Virus record (IMG/VR): IMGVR_UViG_3300020045_000439
Coordinates: 1-43,445 of that record
Direction: 5' to 3' (one strand)
Origin: a virus
Taxonomy: Duplodnaviria > Caudoviricetes
DNA length: 43,445 nucleotides
The position numbers and the translations under genes are program-made. Positions 19,520 through 28,774 of this stretch are shown one piece after another; positions within the stretch are counted from its first letter, which is position 1; each line of letters opens with the position of its first letter. Below the pieces are notes generated by a model. That model did not search any database. It had not been told where the DNA came from and saw nothing but the letters and a program-made list of their open reading frames with translations.

Positions 19520-22500
19520 ATGGCATGGACTCCCCCCTCAGATGCAGTAGAATTTACGCCTCCACAAGATGCAGTGGAATTTACTCCGCCGTCTGACGGG
19601 GAAGCATCTAATACATTTTTACAAGATGTTGGTACATCATTAAAGAATGCTTTCACATCTCCTATGGATATGAATGACTCTGCCTTTATGCGTGGAGTTA
19701 AGAATCCTATCCAAACTATTATGGGTGGTGTTGAGACAGGCGCTAATCTAGCATCTGGTGCAGTTGCCCCTGCATTAGGGTTGGCAATACCTCTTGCACA
19801 GGGCACAATCAACGCTATTACAGGTGATAACACTAACCCTATACCTGACTATACACAAGGTATGGAAATGGCAACCTACGCCCCTAGAACAGAGTTTGGT
19901 AAGCAAATACAATCTACTATAACCACTCCTGTTATGGAGCAGATGATCCCATTAGTTCCTATTATGGGTGGACTTGCCTTACCCCATACTCCTAAAGAGT
20001 TTAAAAGTATTCCGAGAGAGTTTGGTAAAGCAAGAGAAACATTCCGTCCTCCTAGTGATGCCGTGCCATTCAATGAGCAAGTAATGGCGGAACGCACATT
20101 GACTAAAATGGATGACAAGATTGCTAGAGTATCTGAAGATTTATCTAATCTTTATTCTACATATGAGAGATTACAAGTTCCTATTGAAGGGGCCGATCAT
20201 CCTATAGTATTAGCAGAGAGAGAGTTAGCACATCTCAAACTCCAACGTGAGGAATTAAATAATAAACTCACTGGTGATGTTACAGATCAAGTTAGAACAG
20301 AAGCACAGATTAAAGAAGGTAGGGCAATCAAAGCCGCAGAACAGTCTATTGAAGACGCTCCTGCTAACGCTGCCAAGCCTTTAGTAGATGACTCGTGGCA
20401 GGTAGCTAAGGATAAGATAGATGAGGCTGCTGGTAAGTCTCCTAGTGAGCTTGCTGACCTTATATTAGATACACAAGATAAGCTTGATAGCACTCCTATA
20501 GAGAAATCCTCCCTACGAGAGGCTCTCAAACATGAGATAGAAACATACGAAGCTCTTGCTAAGGGGGATAGTGTCGTTGCTGAAGCAACTCCTAGAGAGC
20601 CAATCAAGAATAAAATAAATCCTACATCAGATGAAGTAACTCAACTACTATTAGATCATAATAATGTTGGAGATGTATTAACTACATTAAAGAGTGAAGG
20701 GATTGGTACTCCGGGTCAGAAGATATTGATCGACATCTTACAAAAGATTCCTCGCGTATTAACCTCCACTTTTGAAGTGAGTAAGTCAGAGTTGTTTGAT
20801 AAGAATGGCAATCCTGCACGTGGTATGTATGATTCTGCAAAGCATTCTATGGAAATACATCCCGGTGCTAATGTTAAGACTATCCTACATGAGGCTGTGC
20901 ATACTGCTACGGCTGCTCTCATGGATCATGGTACATCAGTCTATGTTCAACGTCTTACATCTTTATATGATAAGTATAAGGCATCTAATGGGGATGGGTC
21001 ATATGGATTTACTAATGCTAAGGAGTTCATATCTGAGGCATTGACTAACCCTAAGTTCCAGAAGTTGTTATCTAATATTAAGAGTGAGAATGTATTGGGT
21101 AAGAAGGTAGATAATCTTTGGCAAGCTATTAAGCGTACAGTCAAGGATGCATTAGGTATTCCAGAAGAGGCACGCACTGCATTAGATGATGTGATGGATG
21201 CTGGTCGTGATGTTATGAATGAGACTGCTAGTAAATCAGAAGGATTCTTTCAAAAGCTCTCTGAAGTATCTAAAGAATCTCCTATCTCATATGAGGCTGT
21301 TGAACCTACCCCTAAGACTGTTCGTGGTATAGTTGGTCGTAATTTCTTTGGTATGCCTGCAATGGAAGGTTTCTATAGGGATCATCCAGTTGTACAGAAG
21401 GCTTACAAGCAGATTATGGAAGCCAAAGATATAACAGATAAGATTGTTAATCAACTTTGGCATGGTACGTCAGATGTAGTTAGGAATGAAAAGCGTGGAT
21501 TTTTTGCATCTCTATCTAAGATTGAAGCAAGAGACAGTGCTATTGTTGCTGTGAAGGAAACTTCTAATGCATCTATGGCTAAGATACATGATTTGTTTAG
21601 AGATGGGATGGAGCAAGAGTTAGACTATCAATCTAATCGGGAGAAGAATGGACAACACTTAACTCCATCTGAGATTAAAACATACAACACTCTCAGTAAG
21701 TTGTTTGGTGATATGTATCAATCTGCTGTCGGTGTTCAGAAGTCATTAGGTAAAAAACATATTCTTCCATTCAAGACGGGTTGGTATCCTGCTAATCGTA
21801 GAGGTAACTACTCTGTTGCTATATCATACGGAGATTTCATTTCACATTATGAAACATTCCCAACTAGACGGGCAGCAGAAGTATTCAAAGAGAAGATTGG
21901 TAAAGAAAGTCAGATGAAGTTCTTAGAAGTATCTGAGATATTAGATAATACTAAGGAACAAGAGAAGACTCCAAACAAAGAGATGGCGGATATCATTGCT
22001 AGTAAGCTTGCGAAGTCCTATCCAAAAGCGGCAAATGAATTAGTTGGGCAGATTGAAAAACTTCTAGAGACTATGCAACTCAAGGGAGGTAAACTAGGAA
22101 AACACCATGAACATCGCAGTGGAGTATCTGGTTATAAAGGCAATGAATTATTTAGATCTACTGAAGAAAGAGGCAAGTCTTTTAAAGACGGTATCCAAAG
22201 AGAAGTAAATAACTTTGCTACTAACATGAAAGCTTTACAGATCAAGACCAAGTTACAAGGTTTGGTGGAGGACAACAACTTCTATAAATCAGACCCAGTT
22301 GGTCATGCTGCTGTTGAGCAGTTGTACGAGAGTGCCCTTGGTCGTAACAGTGATTTGTTTGCGGGTAAGATTAATGACTGGGCTACGCATGTAGTTGATA
22401 TTGTTGATAAAATTGCTGATGCATCTATGCGTAAGGTGTTAGGTAGGGGATTTGAAGGTAAGGAAAAGAGTGTAACAACTCACATCACTGACACATCTAT

Positions 22501-23983
22501 GCGAGCTTTCTACGCTACTAAGATGATGGCTAAACCTGTGTTTGCTTTGGCTCAGTTACTTACCACTGCAATGATTATCCCGGAGATGGCACAGAACAAT
22601 CATGGTATCCGTGCATTCTATTCTTTTGGTAAGGGTGTATCTAAACTCTTAACTAGAGATAAAGAATTAATGGATGTGTTGTTTAAAGAGTCACAAGAGT
22701 TTGGTACAATTGAACAACAGTTCCGTGAGAGTTTGAATCTAGATAAGCATACTGGGATACATACTAATGTAGAGAAGGTTATTAATGGTCTTGAGGATTA
22801 TGTCTTATTAGGGAAACTTGGTAAGGTTACTGACTCTATGTCCAGAGCAATCTCTTTTGTTACTGCTTATACTCATTTTAAAGATTTAGGATTGAGTCGA
22901 GAGGCTGCTAGATATGAAGCACGTAGATTAACTGAACATGCTATGAATATTTATGGGAGAGATGTATCTGCTCCTATATATGAGAAGCTTGGTGTGATGG
23001 GTGAGGGTATGAAACCCTTGACATCATTTAGTCAGAATCAGTTAGGTAATCTTGCTAAGTATTGGATGCAGGCTAAGAAGGGTAACTATGGTCCATTGAT
23101 GGCTGTTGGCTTGATTGCTACTGCTACTGGTGGTATCCTAGGATTGCCCTTCATTCAAGAGTATGAACGGGCTAGACAGATCTTAGAGAAGTTTATGAAT
23201 GTTCAGATGCCATCCATCTTAGAGATTATGTATGGAGATGAGAGTTTCTTTGATCGTCTTGAGTTAAATCCAGAAGATGTGAAACAACTTAAGGATATGG
23301 CTACATATGGTCCGTTACCTGCATTGACTGGTATAGATTTAACATCTACTAGCAGATCTAATGAAACTGTGTTCTCTGTTATGGCTGCTATTATGTTAGG
23401 GCAAGAGGATGCATCTAAGTTACTTCCTATAATGGGAGCTACTGTACAAAGCGTAGGAGCTATCCCTGCTCTAGGTAAGGCTATTGCTGGGAAGGGTACT
23501 GAAGGAGAAGATAAGAAGGCTATAGATAGTCTTATTGTTGGACCACTTAACTTTGGTGCTAAGAAGGTATTGGGTGCTGGTACTACCAGATTGTTTGGTG
23601 AGAATACTGGGATGCTCTCTACAGGGAAAGCAGGTAATGCAGATATACCTGAGACCAATACATCTAAACTTGCTGCTGTTCTTGGATCTAAAACTGTTGA
23701 ACAGAAGCGTATAGATCAACAAGCTTTTGAACAACAGATGAGAGATAAGGTATTACAATCTAAGATACAACGTACATCAACTATGTTCGTTGAGACAGGC
23801 AAGCCAGAGTATCTAGAGAAGATGGTAGATTTGGGAATGAATAATGAACAGATTAAGAATGCCATTGGAACTGGTGCTTATAACAAACTTGTTGAACAAC
23901 AAATTAGATATTTTAGATCTAGTAAGGGTAAAGTAGAAAACAAGAAAGTTCTTAATGAACTTAAGACTGGAGCAATGCAATGA
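19520..23983 (+). CDS. Large ejection protein with zincin metallopeptidase motif
   Basis: 1487 aa, mostly helical; ILHEAVH plus downstream EFISEA; N-terminal TPPxDAVEF repeats. Confidence 0.75.
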   Translation: MAWTPPSDAVEFTPPQDAVEFTPPSDGEASNTFLQDVGTSLKNAFTSPMDMNDSAFMRGVKNPIQTIMGGVETGANLASGAVAPALGLAIPLAQGTINAITGDNTNPIPDYTQGMEMATYAPRTEFGKQIQSTITTPVMEQMIPLVPIMGGLALPHTPKEFKSIPREFGKARETFRPPSDAVPFNEQVMAERTLTKMDDKIARVSEDLSNLYSTYERLQVPIEGADHPIVLAERELAHLKLQREELNNKLTGDVTDQVRTEAQIKEGRAIKAAEQSIEDAPANAAKPLVDDSWQVAKDKIDEAAGKSPSELADLILDTQDKLDSTPIEKSSLREALKHEIETYEALAKGDSVVAEATPREPIKNKINPTSDEVTQLLLDHNNVGDVLTTLKSEGIGTPGQKILIDILQKIPRVLTSTFEVSKSELFDKNGNPARGMYDSAKHSMEIHPGANVKTILHEAVHTATAALMDHGTSVYVQRLTSLYDKYKASNGDGSYGFTNAKEFISEALTNPKFQKLLSNIKSENVLGKKVDNLWQAIKRTVKDALGIPEEARTALDDVMDAGRDVMNETASKSEGFFQKLSEVSKESPISYEAVEPTPKTVRGIVGRNFFGMPAMEGFYRDHPVVQKAYKQIMEAKDITDKIVNQLWHGTSDVVRNEKRGFFASLSKIEARDSAIVAVKETSNASMAKIHDLFRDGMEQELDYQSNREKNGQHLTPSEIKTYNTLSKLFGDMYQSAVGVQKSLGKKHILPFKTGWYPANRRGNYSVAISYGDFISHYETFPTRRAAEVFKEKIGKESQMKFLEVSEILDNTKEQEKTPNKEMADIIASKLAKSYPKAANELVGQIEKLLETMQLKGGKLGKHHEHRSGVSGYKGNELFRSTEERGKSFKDGIQREVNNFATNMKALQIKTKLQGLVEDNNFYKSDPVGHAAVEQLYESALGRNSDLFAGKINDWATHVVDIVDKIADASMRKVLGRGFEGKEKSVTTHITDTSMRAFYATKMMAKPVFALAQLLTTAMIIPEMAQNNHGIRAFYSFGKGVSKLLTRDKELMDVLFKESQEFGTIEQQFRESLNLDKHTGIHTNVEKVINGLEDYVLLGKLGKVTDSMSRAISFVTAYTHFKDLGLSREAARYEARRLTEHAMNIYGRDVSAPIYEKLGVMGEGMKPLTSFSQNQLGNLAKYWMQAKKGNYGPLMAVGLIATATGGILGLPFIQEYERARQILEKFMNVQMPSILEIMYGDESFFDRLELNPEDVKQLKDMATYGPLPALTGIDLTSTSRSNETVFSVMAAIMLGQEDASKLLPIMGATVQSVGAIPALGKAIAGKGTEGEDKKAIDSLIVGPLNFGAKKVLGAGTTRLFGENTGMLSTGKAGNADIPETNTSKLAAVLGSKTVEQKRIDQQAFEQQMRDKVLQSKIQRTSTMFVETGKPEYLEKMVDLGMNNEQIKNAIGTGAYNKLVEQQIRYFRSSKGKVENKKVLNELKTGAMQ

Positions 23984-24393
23984 CAGGGTTTGATTTAATT
24001 AAGAAGTGGGAGGGGTTACGCTTAGAGGCGTACCTCTGCCCTGCTGGTGTTCCTACGATTGGATATGGACATACTAGAGATGTCCAATTAGGAGATGTTA
24101 TTACTGAAGATGTTGCTAATAGTTATCTATTAGAAGATATCTTAGTAGTGCATGAAGCTATTGATAGGTTGGTGAAAGTTCCACTAACAGCAGGACAACA
24201 CGACGCACTAACTAGCTTTGTGTTTAATCTAGGAGCAGGAAACCTTGCGTCAAGTACACTCCTTAAACTGCTCAACCAAGGTAAGTATCTAGAAGCATCT
24301 GCTCAATTTCCACGCTGGAATAAATCTAATGGACGAGTCTTAGTGGGATTATCGAACAGACGTGCAGAAGAGATGAAGTTATTTAACTCGTAA
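23980..24393 (+). CDS. Endolysin, GH24 lysozyme
   Basis: WEGLRLEAYLCPAGVPTIGYGHT, DALTSFVFNLG, SSTLLK, GLSNRR. Confidence 0.95.
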   Translation: MTGFDLIKKWEGLRLEAYLCPAGVPTIGYGHTRDVQLGDVITEDVANSYLLEDILVVHEAIDRLVKVPLTAGQHDALTSFVFNLGAGNLASSTLLKLLNQGKYLEASAQFPRWNKSNGRVLVGLSNRRAEEMKLFNS

Positions 24394-24399
24394 CAAACA

Positions 24400-24438
24400 A
24401 ATGCCCCAGTCCTTACGGATATGGGGCATTATTTTTTG
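24400..24438. terminator. Probable bidirectional terminator between the convergent gene blocks
   Basis: aatgcccca...tggggcatt stem with a T run downstream and an A-rich run upstream. Confidence 0.85.
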
Positions 24439-24439
24439 T

Positions 24440-24568
24440 TTAGGTATGTTTAGGTACTATACCTGTATAGATGCGTACAATCCCTAGATCTAATACTAGG
24501 ATACGCTCATTCCATAGATATTCTACACCAAACATCAATCCACTAATTGCTACGATCTTTACAAACAT
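24440..24568 (-). CDS. 42-aa hypothetical protein (not in the ORF track)
   Basis: AGGAG RBS; MFVKIVAISGLMFGVEYLWNERILVLDLGIVRIYTGIVPKHT. Confidence 0.65.
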   Translation of the reverse strand: MFVKIVAISGLMFGVEYLWNERILVLDLGIVRIYTGIVPKHT

Positions 24569-24591
24569 ATATCTCCTGACGTCTCACGACG

Positions 24592-25065
24592 TTAAACTCC
24601 AAATGAATTCTCAATAGATTTACATGATTTTATATCACGTGCTAATACTATAGCTCCTTCATTATCGTATCTCTTATTATCGAGGATTTGAAACTCTAAT
24701 CCAAGATCAATTTCGGCTGTTTTAATTGTAGTATAATCTTTAAACCACATTAGAAAATGAAATGCTTTATCTGCTGAAACATTCCATTTCCACATTTGTT
24801 TTTTATTTTGAAGTTTAGGTTTATTTTCATATACACTCCCTCCAAAAACAGATGCTAGATGATCTAAGATTCTTTTTCCTATAGGTCCAGATTGTGCTAA
24901 AGATACTACTAATACAAAATATCTAATAGTGTGATTTCGATTCCACGATCTGGGATATATACCAATAGATCCCTCACCATCAAAGAATCCTGCTATATAT
25001 TCAGGAGTTAATTTATATTCCACAGACACCACTCTTACATGCAAAATCATTCTCTGTATATACAA
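24592..25065 (-). CDS. Single-motif LAGLIDADG homing endonuclease
   Basis: YIAGFFDGEGSI motif; the real start may be GTG at 25023, overlapping the RNR stop. Confidence 0.9.
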   Translation of the reverse strand: MYIQRMILHVRVVSVEYKLTPEYIAGFFDGEGSIGIYPRSWNRNHTIRYFVLVVSLAQSGPIGKRILDHLASVFGGSVYENKPKLQNKKQMWKWNVSADKAFHFLMWFKDYTTIKTAEIDLGLEFQILDNKRYDNEGAIVLARDIKSCKSIENSFGV

Positions 25066-26650
25066 CCCCCTTGTGTTTAAGAGCTTCGTAATATGATACA
25101 GATGTTAAGGGTTGTCCTCCACGACTAGAATCTGGGTAGCAAGTTAGACCACGAAGTCTTGGTGCATACTGAGAAATAATACTTGAGAAATGAGGAACAA
25201 GATCTTCATTATTATACTTACTTCCCCATTCAGGAAGATTTAATGTAGAACTAATACTCATATCTACATAGTCTTGCACTGCTGCTTGAAATTTAATTCT
25301 CTTTTCTATATCTTTACTTAGATCGGATGCAGTCTCTATAGAATTTGGATCTAGTCCATACTCCTTAATCAGAAGATCTGCTGTACTATCGACAACATAT
25401 TCATACTTCCACTTGGTCCCGTCTGTGAGGTAACGACGCTTATAGGCCACAGCAAACAGCGGCTCAATACCAGTAGTAGTCCCTGCCAAAATCCCGATAG
25501 TACCTGTAGGAGCAATGGCACGGTAAGCAACAGGCCGACTGATATATAGATGGTCGCAATGTTCGTTAGCAGCTTTTTCAGATATATCGCGATAGACTTT
25601 AAGCCATTCATGTAATTCATCATCTACTTCATACCCTTTCTTTCGTTTGAGGAGCCACTCGTGGATGCCCATGAGACCGAGACCCAACCTTCGGTTCTTT
25701 TGCCTGACTTCATACACCTTTTCATAGGGTAACTCGGCTCGGAGAGTTCCACATACCAAGAACTTAGAGGCAAGTTGTACAACATCCTTGAATTCTTCCA
25801 GACTTGATATATTGCCGAGGTTGACGCTCCCAAGATTACATACGTCGCTATCATCTTCAGATGTAACTTCTGTACATGCGTTACGCAGGGTTTCATTCTC
25901 TTTTTCATTGAAGTTAAAGCTAAAGCCCGGCTCTCCGGTTTGCATAGCTTGTCGACAATTCTCTTGAAACGTTGCGAGGTTTGCTCTATCTGCATTATAT
26001 AGCCACTTATTATCATAGTTAACACTGATGTTAGTCATATCCAACATAGCAGGGAAGTTAAAGTCTTTAGCCTTAGCTGCCTTGATATCTTCTGACCAAT
26101 TCTTTACCTTAAGAAACGTTGATATGTCTCCATGTAACCAGTTAAGCGAGGCGTATATTGCAGAGCGCCTGCTTCCTCCCTGCATAACACTCCGTCCGAT
26201 TTCATTAACTGCCGACATGAGTGGGATAGGGCCACTGCTAACTCCCCCTGTCCGGGATAGAGGTCGACCTTGTTCTCGTAAGCGCGAATAATCGTTTCCA
26301 ATGCCGCCTCCTGTAGTTAAACAGTTAGTTGCTTTCCATGCTGTCTCTGCCCAATCTTCTCTAGTATCTTCCTCAGATCTTAATAGGTAACAGTTATTGA
26401 AAAACTTAGCGGGACGCCCGGCGTAATACAAATACCTGCCCCCCGGAATAAATAACATTCGTTTAATATATTCCGTAAGTTGTCCTCGATCATCTGCGGA
26501 CATAAGGGGCTGTACTGTACCCCATCTGCTTCCACAGACATCTTCAACAATCCGTTCGGCAAGTGCGTCCCATGTATCGTTTGCACCGTTTGCATATTTT
26601 TGCCTGTAAATATTAGCTGCGAACTCAGTCTTAAATCGTTTTACTTGCAT
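25013..26650 (-). CDS. nrdJ: Class II (B12-dependent) ribonucleotide reductase
   Basis: PGGRYL, NNCY, GGSRRSA, TGEPG, catalytic RNACTE, CNLGS, APTGT, C-terminal CKSGVC; no beta subunit gene in the window. Confidence 0.88.
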   Translation of the reverse strand: MQVKRFKTEFAANIYRQKYANGANDTWDALAERIVEDVCGSRWGTVQPLMSADDRGQLTEYIKRMLFIPGGRYLYYAGRPAKFFNNCYLLRSEEDTREDWAETAWKATNCLTTGGGIGNDYSRLREQGRPLSRTGGVSSGPIPLMSAVNEIGRSVMQGGSRRSAIYASLNWLHGDISTFLKVKNWSEDIKAAKAKDFNFPAMLDMTNISVNYDNKWLYNADRANLATFQENCRQAMQTGEPGFSFNFNEKENETLRNACTEVTSEDDSDVCNLGSVNLGNISSLEEFKDVVQLASKFLVCGTLRAELPYEKVYEVRQKNRRLGLGLMGIHEWLLKRKKGYEVDDELHEWLKVYRDISEKAANEHCDHLYISRPVAYRAIAPTGTIGILAGTTTGIEPLFAVAYKRRYLTDGTKWKYEYVVDSTADLLIKEYGLDPNSIETASDLSKDIEKRIKFQAAVQDYVDMSISSTLNLPEWGSKYNNEDLVPHFSSIISQYAPRLRGLTCYPDSSRGGQPLTSVSYYEALKHKGVVYTENDFACKSGVCGI

Positions 26651-26774
26651 AATCCTTAATTTCTTTTTGTTGTTCTTCTTGTATTTGCTTACGCAATCGA
26701 TACGCTTTCTTACCTTTCATATCCTCTACATCTCGTTGCTTATAGTTCTTCTTCGGTAAGCTTTTCGTAAACAT
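26631..26774 (-). CDS. 47-aa basic hypothetical protein (not in the ORF track)
   Basis: GAGG RBS; MFTKSLPKKNYKQRDVEDMKGKKAYRLRKQ... Confidence 0.45.
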   Translation of the reverse strand: MFTKSLPKKNYKQRDVEDMKGKKAYRLRKQIQEEQQKEIKDYASKTI

Positions 26775-26892
26775 CCTCTACCCTATCGTCGAATCTGTCC
26801 ACCAGATCAGGTGAGGTTATATCAAGTAAGTCAATAAGACTTACCTGATCCTCATCTTGTAATTCTACTTTATATTCTTGTAGTGTTTTCAT
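26740..26892 (-). CDS. 50-aa acidic conserved phage protein (not in the ORF track)
   Basis: MKTLQEYKVELQDEDQVSLIDLLDITSPDLVDRFDDRVE...; ATGA overlap with the upstream gene. Confidence 0.7.
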   Translation of the reverse strand: MKTLQEYKVELQDEDQVSLIDLLDITSPDLVDRFDDRVEDVYEKLTEEEL

Positions 26893-27266
26893 TTCTTAAA
26901 ATTTGTTACGATACGCTGACCGAAGATAAATCCGAATGCTACGTTAGCTGCTTCAAATCCCATTGACTTAACTTCAAGACTAATATCTGGAACAAACAAC
27001 GTACTAGTGCCTGCGGCAATGACCACAGCAGCCATTACGTAGCGCGCTGCGCCACGCAAATCAATGACCCATTGGCTAGGGATTCCCCCCGGATTATCAA
27101 GAGCAGCAATCGCCTGCAAACGCTTAATATCATTTTCATCTAGAGAGATTTGTTCAGCAACAGTGGTTGCCTTAACACCCCCCATCTTAGTGACAATGAC
27201 CTGCTTAATCCCCTCAACACCTACGGGAAGTAGGGCTGAGAGGAGTGTAGTTAAAAGGATACTCAT
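26889..27266 (-). CDS. Membrane protein, 3TM holin-like
   Basis: Hydrophobic N-terminus, SQWVIDLR..R + TM segment, FGFIFGQR C-terminus. Confidence 0.6.
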   Translation of the reverse strand: MSILLTTLLSALLPVGVEGIKQVIVTKMGGVKATTVAEQISLDENDIKRLQAIAALDNPGGIPSQWVIDLRGAARYVMAAVVIAAGTSTLFVPDISLEVKSMGFEAANVAFGFIFGQRIVTNFKK

Positions 27267-27523
27267 TTATTTTTCTCGATTAATGTTTTAAGATATACAG
27301 TAAGATCTAATGCCTCTTCATAAGCATGTTGAAGCATATTATCTGGACAATCTGTTTGGAGATAACGATTATATTTCTTAGCTCCCATCTCATTACGAGC
27401 CATCATATCACCAACTACTTTCGGCCAGACTTGTTTATTCTCATTAAAGACAGGAGTAGTATTCATACCTTGCTTCATAGCACGCCTTTCATAAGCAGCA
27501 TCTAGAGTCTTTGGGATAGTCAT
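27263..27523 (-). CDS. Small all-alpha NTP-pyrophosphatase-like (MazG/dUTPase fold) protein
   Basis: R..MGAKKY...L...LQHAYEEALDLTVYL (EExxD). Confidence 0.55.
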   Translation of the reverse strand: MTIPKTLDAAYERRAMKQGMNTTPVFNENKQVWPKVVGDMMARNEMGAKKYNRYLQTDCPDNMLQHAYEEALDLTVYLKTLIEKNK

Positions 27524-28302
27524 TATACTCGTACCCGTCGTTTAGCTCGCGCAAGAAGGTAGTCGAGGGTGATTGAATGGCATTGGAATGATCCATCTTT
27601 GACTTCGTACAACATGTGGATTCCACGGAAGTAGTGGTTTCCTTGTGGGCCAAGATAGTCTTCGTCATGCATGTAACAGCACCCAGCGAACAATCCAGTG
27701 AGCATCTTTCCATCTGCTCTATACTCATTATAAATCTCCATTTTCTGGTTATGGCCCTGAACGCAACTCATATGTTTCTTAGTAACCAATGCGCGTGCTG
27801 ATGTTACTGGACGATTCATTACACCACTAGCAAAGTAATGAGAATAAGCAACCCCATCGATAAGCACAACATCAAGATATGGATAAACCTCCCAACCATA
27901 TTTAGCATAACATAAATCCTCTATCCCGATAGTACCATCCAGTTTTGCATCTTCATTAACTGCCCGAGTGATTCGATCTTCATGATTACCTAATGTTAAG
28001 ACCATGCGTGGAGTATAAAGCTTCTTCTTATTCTCTTTAGCACGTTTGTTATATTCAATAATAGGATATAAGAGAATAGCCATAGCATCTTTAGCGGCTT
28101 CAATATCATTACGATATCTACGTCCCTCGAAGTTACGCTTACCAAAATCATACACACTTAATGATGGTATATCTGCAAAATCACCTAAGCAAATCAACAC
28201 ATCTGGTTTCTTTTCTACAATGTAATTACCTACTGCTGTAAGGAAAAAGAAATCTTGATTGGGTTTAGCTTGTACATCTGGTAAAACACAGTGGGTACTC
28301 AT
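27523..28302 (-). CDS. Calcineurin-like metallophosphoesterase
   Basis: PDVQ, LGDFAD, GNHE, YSH, QGH; start moved to ATG 28302 (TAATG coupling). Confidence 0.9.
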   Translation of the reverse strand: MSTHCVLPDVQAKPNQDFFFLTAVGNYIVEKKPDVLICLGDFADIPSLSVYDFGKRNFEGRRYRNDIEAAKDAMAILLYPIIEYNKRAKENKKKLYTPRMVLTLGNHEDRITRAVNEDAKLDGTIGIEDLCYAKYGWEVYPYLDVVLIDGVAYSHYFASGVMNRPVTSARALVTKKHMSCVQGHNQKMEIYNEYRADGKMLTGLFAGCCYMHDEDYLGPQGNHYFRGIHMLYEVKDGSFQCHSITLDYLLARAKRRVRV

Positions 28303-28520
28303 TAAATATATTCCCAACTATGTACGTGATCGCCTTCCATGTGGACATTCCATTCTGCTGCGGCTTTCGTGCCACAACAATATACTTCGTAATGACCATC
28401 TGTAAATCTAATTCTCACCTTGACGCCCTTTCCAACTTTGTTTTCGCTCGATGGCAAGTCAGGCATAATACTTGCAAGTTCTCTATTGGACAATATAACC
28501 TCTGTATAAAAGTGTTCCAA
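28302..28520 (-). CDS. Hypothetical protein (start uncertain)
   Basis: Fills the gap between the HNH and phosphoesterase genes; stop coupled to the next start. Confidence 0.45.
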   Translation of the reverse strand: MEHFYTEVILSNRELASIMPDLPSSENKVGKGVKVRIRFTDGHYEVYCCGTKAAAEWNVHMEGDHVHSWEYI

Positions 28521-28774
28521 TCTATAAATCCATCACCTACAGATACTACTGGAGAGATATGATCCACCTCTACTTCTTTTGAGGGGAATTCTTGCTGACA
28601 AGCTACACACGTATAGTGTTTAGCAAGTCGTCCTGATTTAGGATTAATCTTCTGTCCAATACATGCTGCTTGTAGGCATTCAAATTTAGGTGGCCATCGT
28701 CTAGCCCCTGTTCGTAACACACTAACTATAAAGCTTTTTATACGCCCCTCAGTCCAAGCCTTAGGCGTACTCAT
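28415..28774 (-). CDS. HNH nuclease with Zn-binding cysteines
   Basis: CVAC...VDHISPV...NLQVLCLTCHRAKT. Confidence 0.85.
   Translation of the reverse strand: MSTPKAWTEGRIKSFIVSVLRTGARRWPPKFECLQAACIGQKINPKSGRLAKHYTCVACQQEFPSKEVEVDHISPVVSVGDGFIDWNTFIQRLYCPIENLQVLCLTCHRAKTKLERASR

Noticed and set aside
1071-23734. Antisense and alternate-frame ORFs in the structural block (e.g. 6867-7313, 23203-23658)
   Set aside because: They are shadows of well-supported genes, with no RBS or recognisable motifs.
24440-25012. LAGLIDADG gene as part of an intron or intein in nrdJ
   Set aside because: nrdJ is complete with its C-terminal cysteines and stop, there is no downstream exon, and no intein termini are present.
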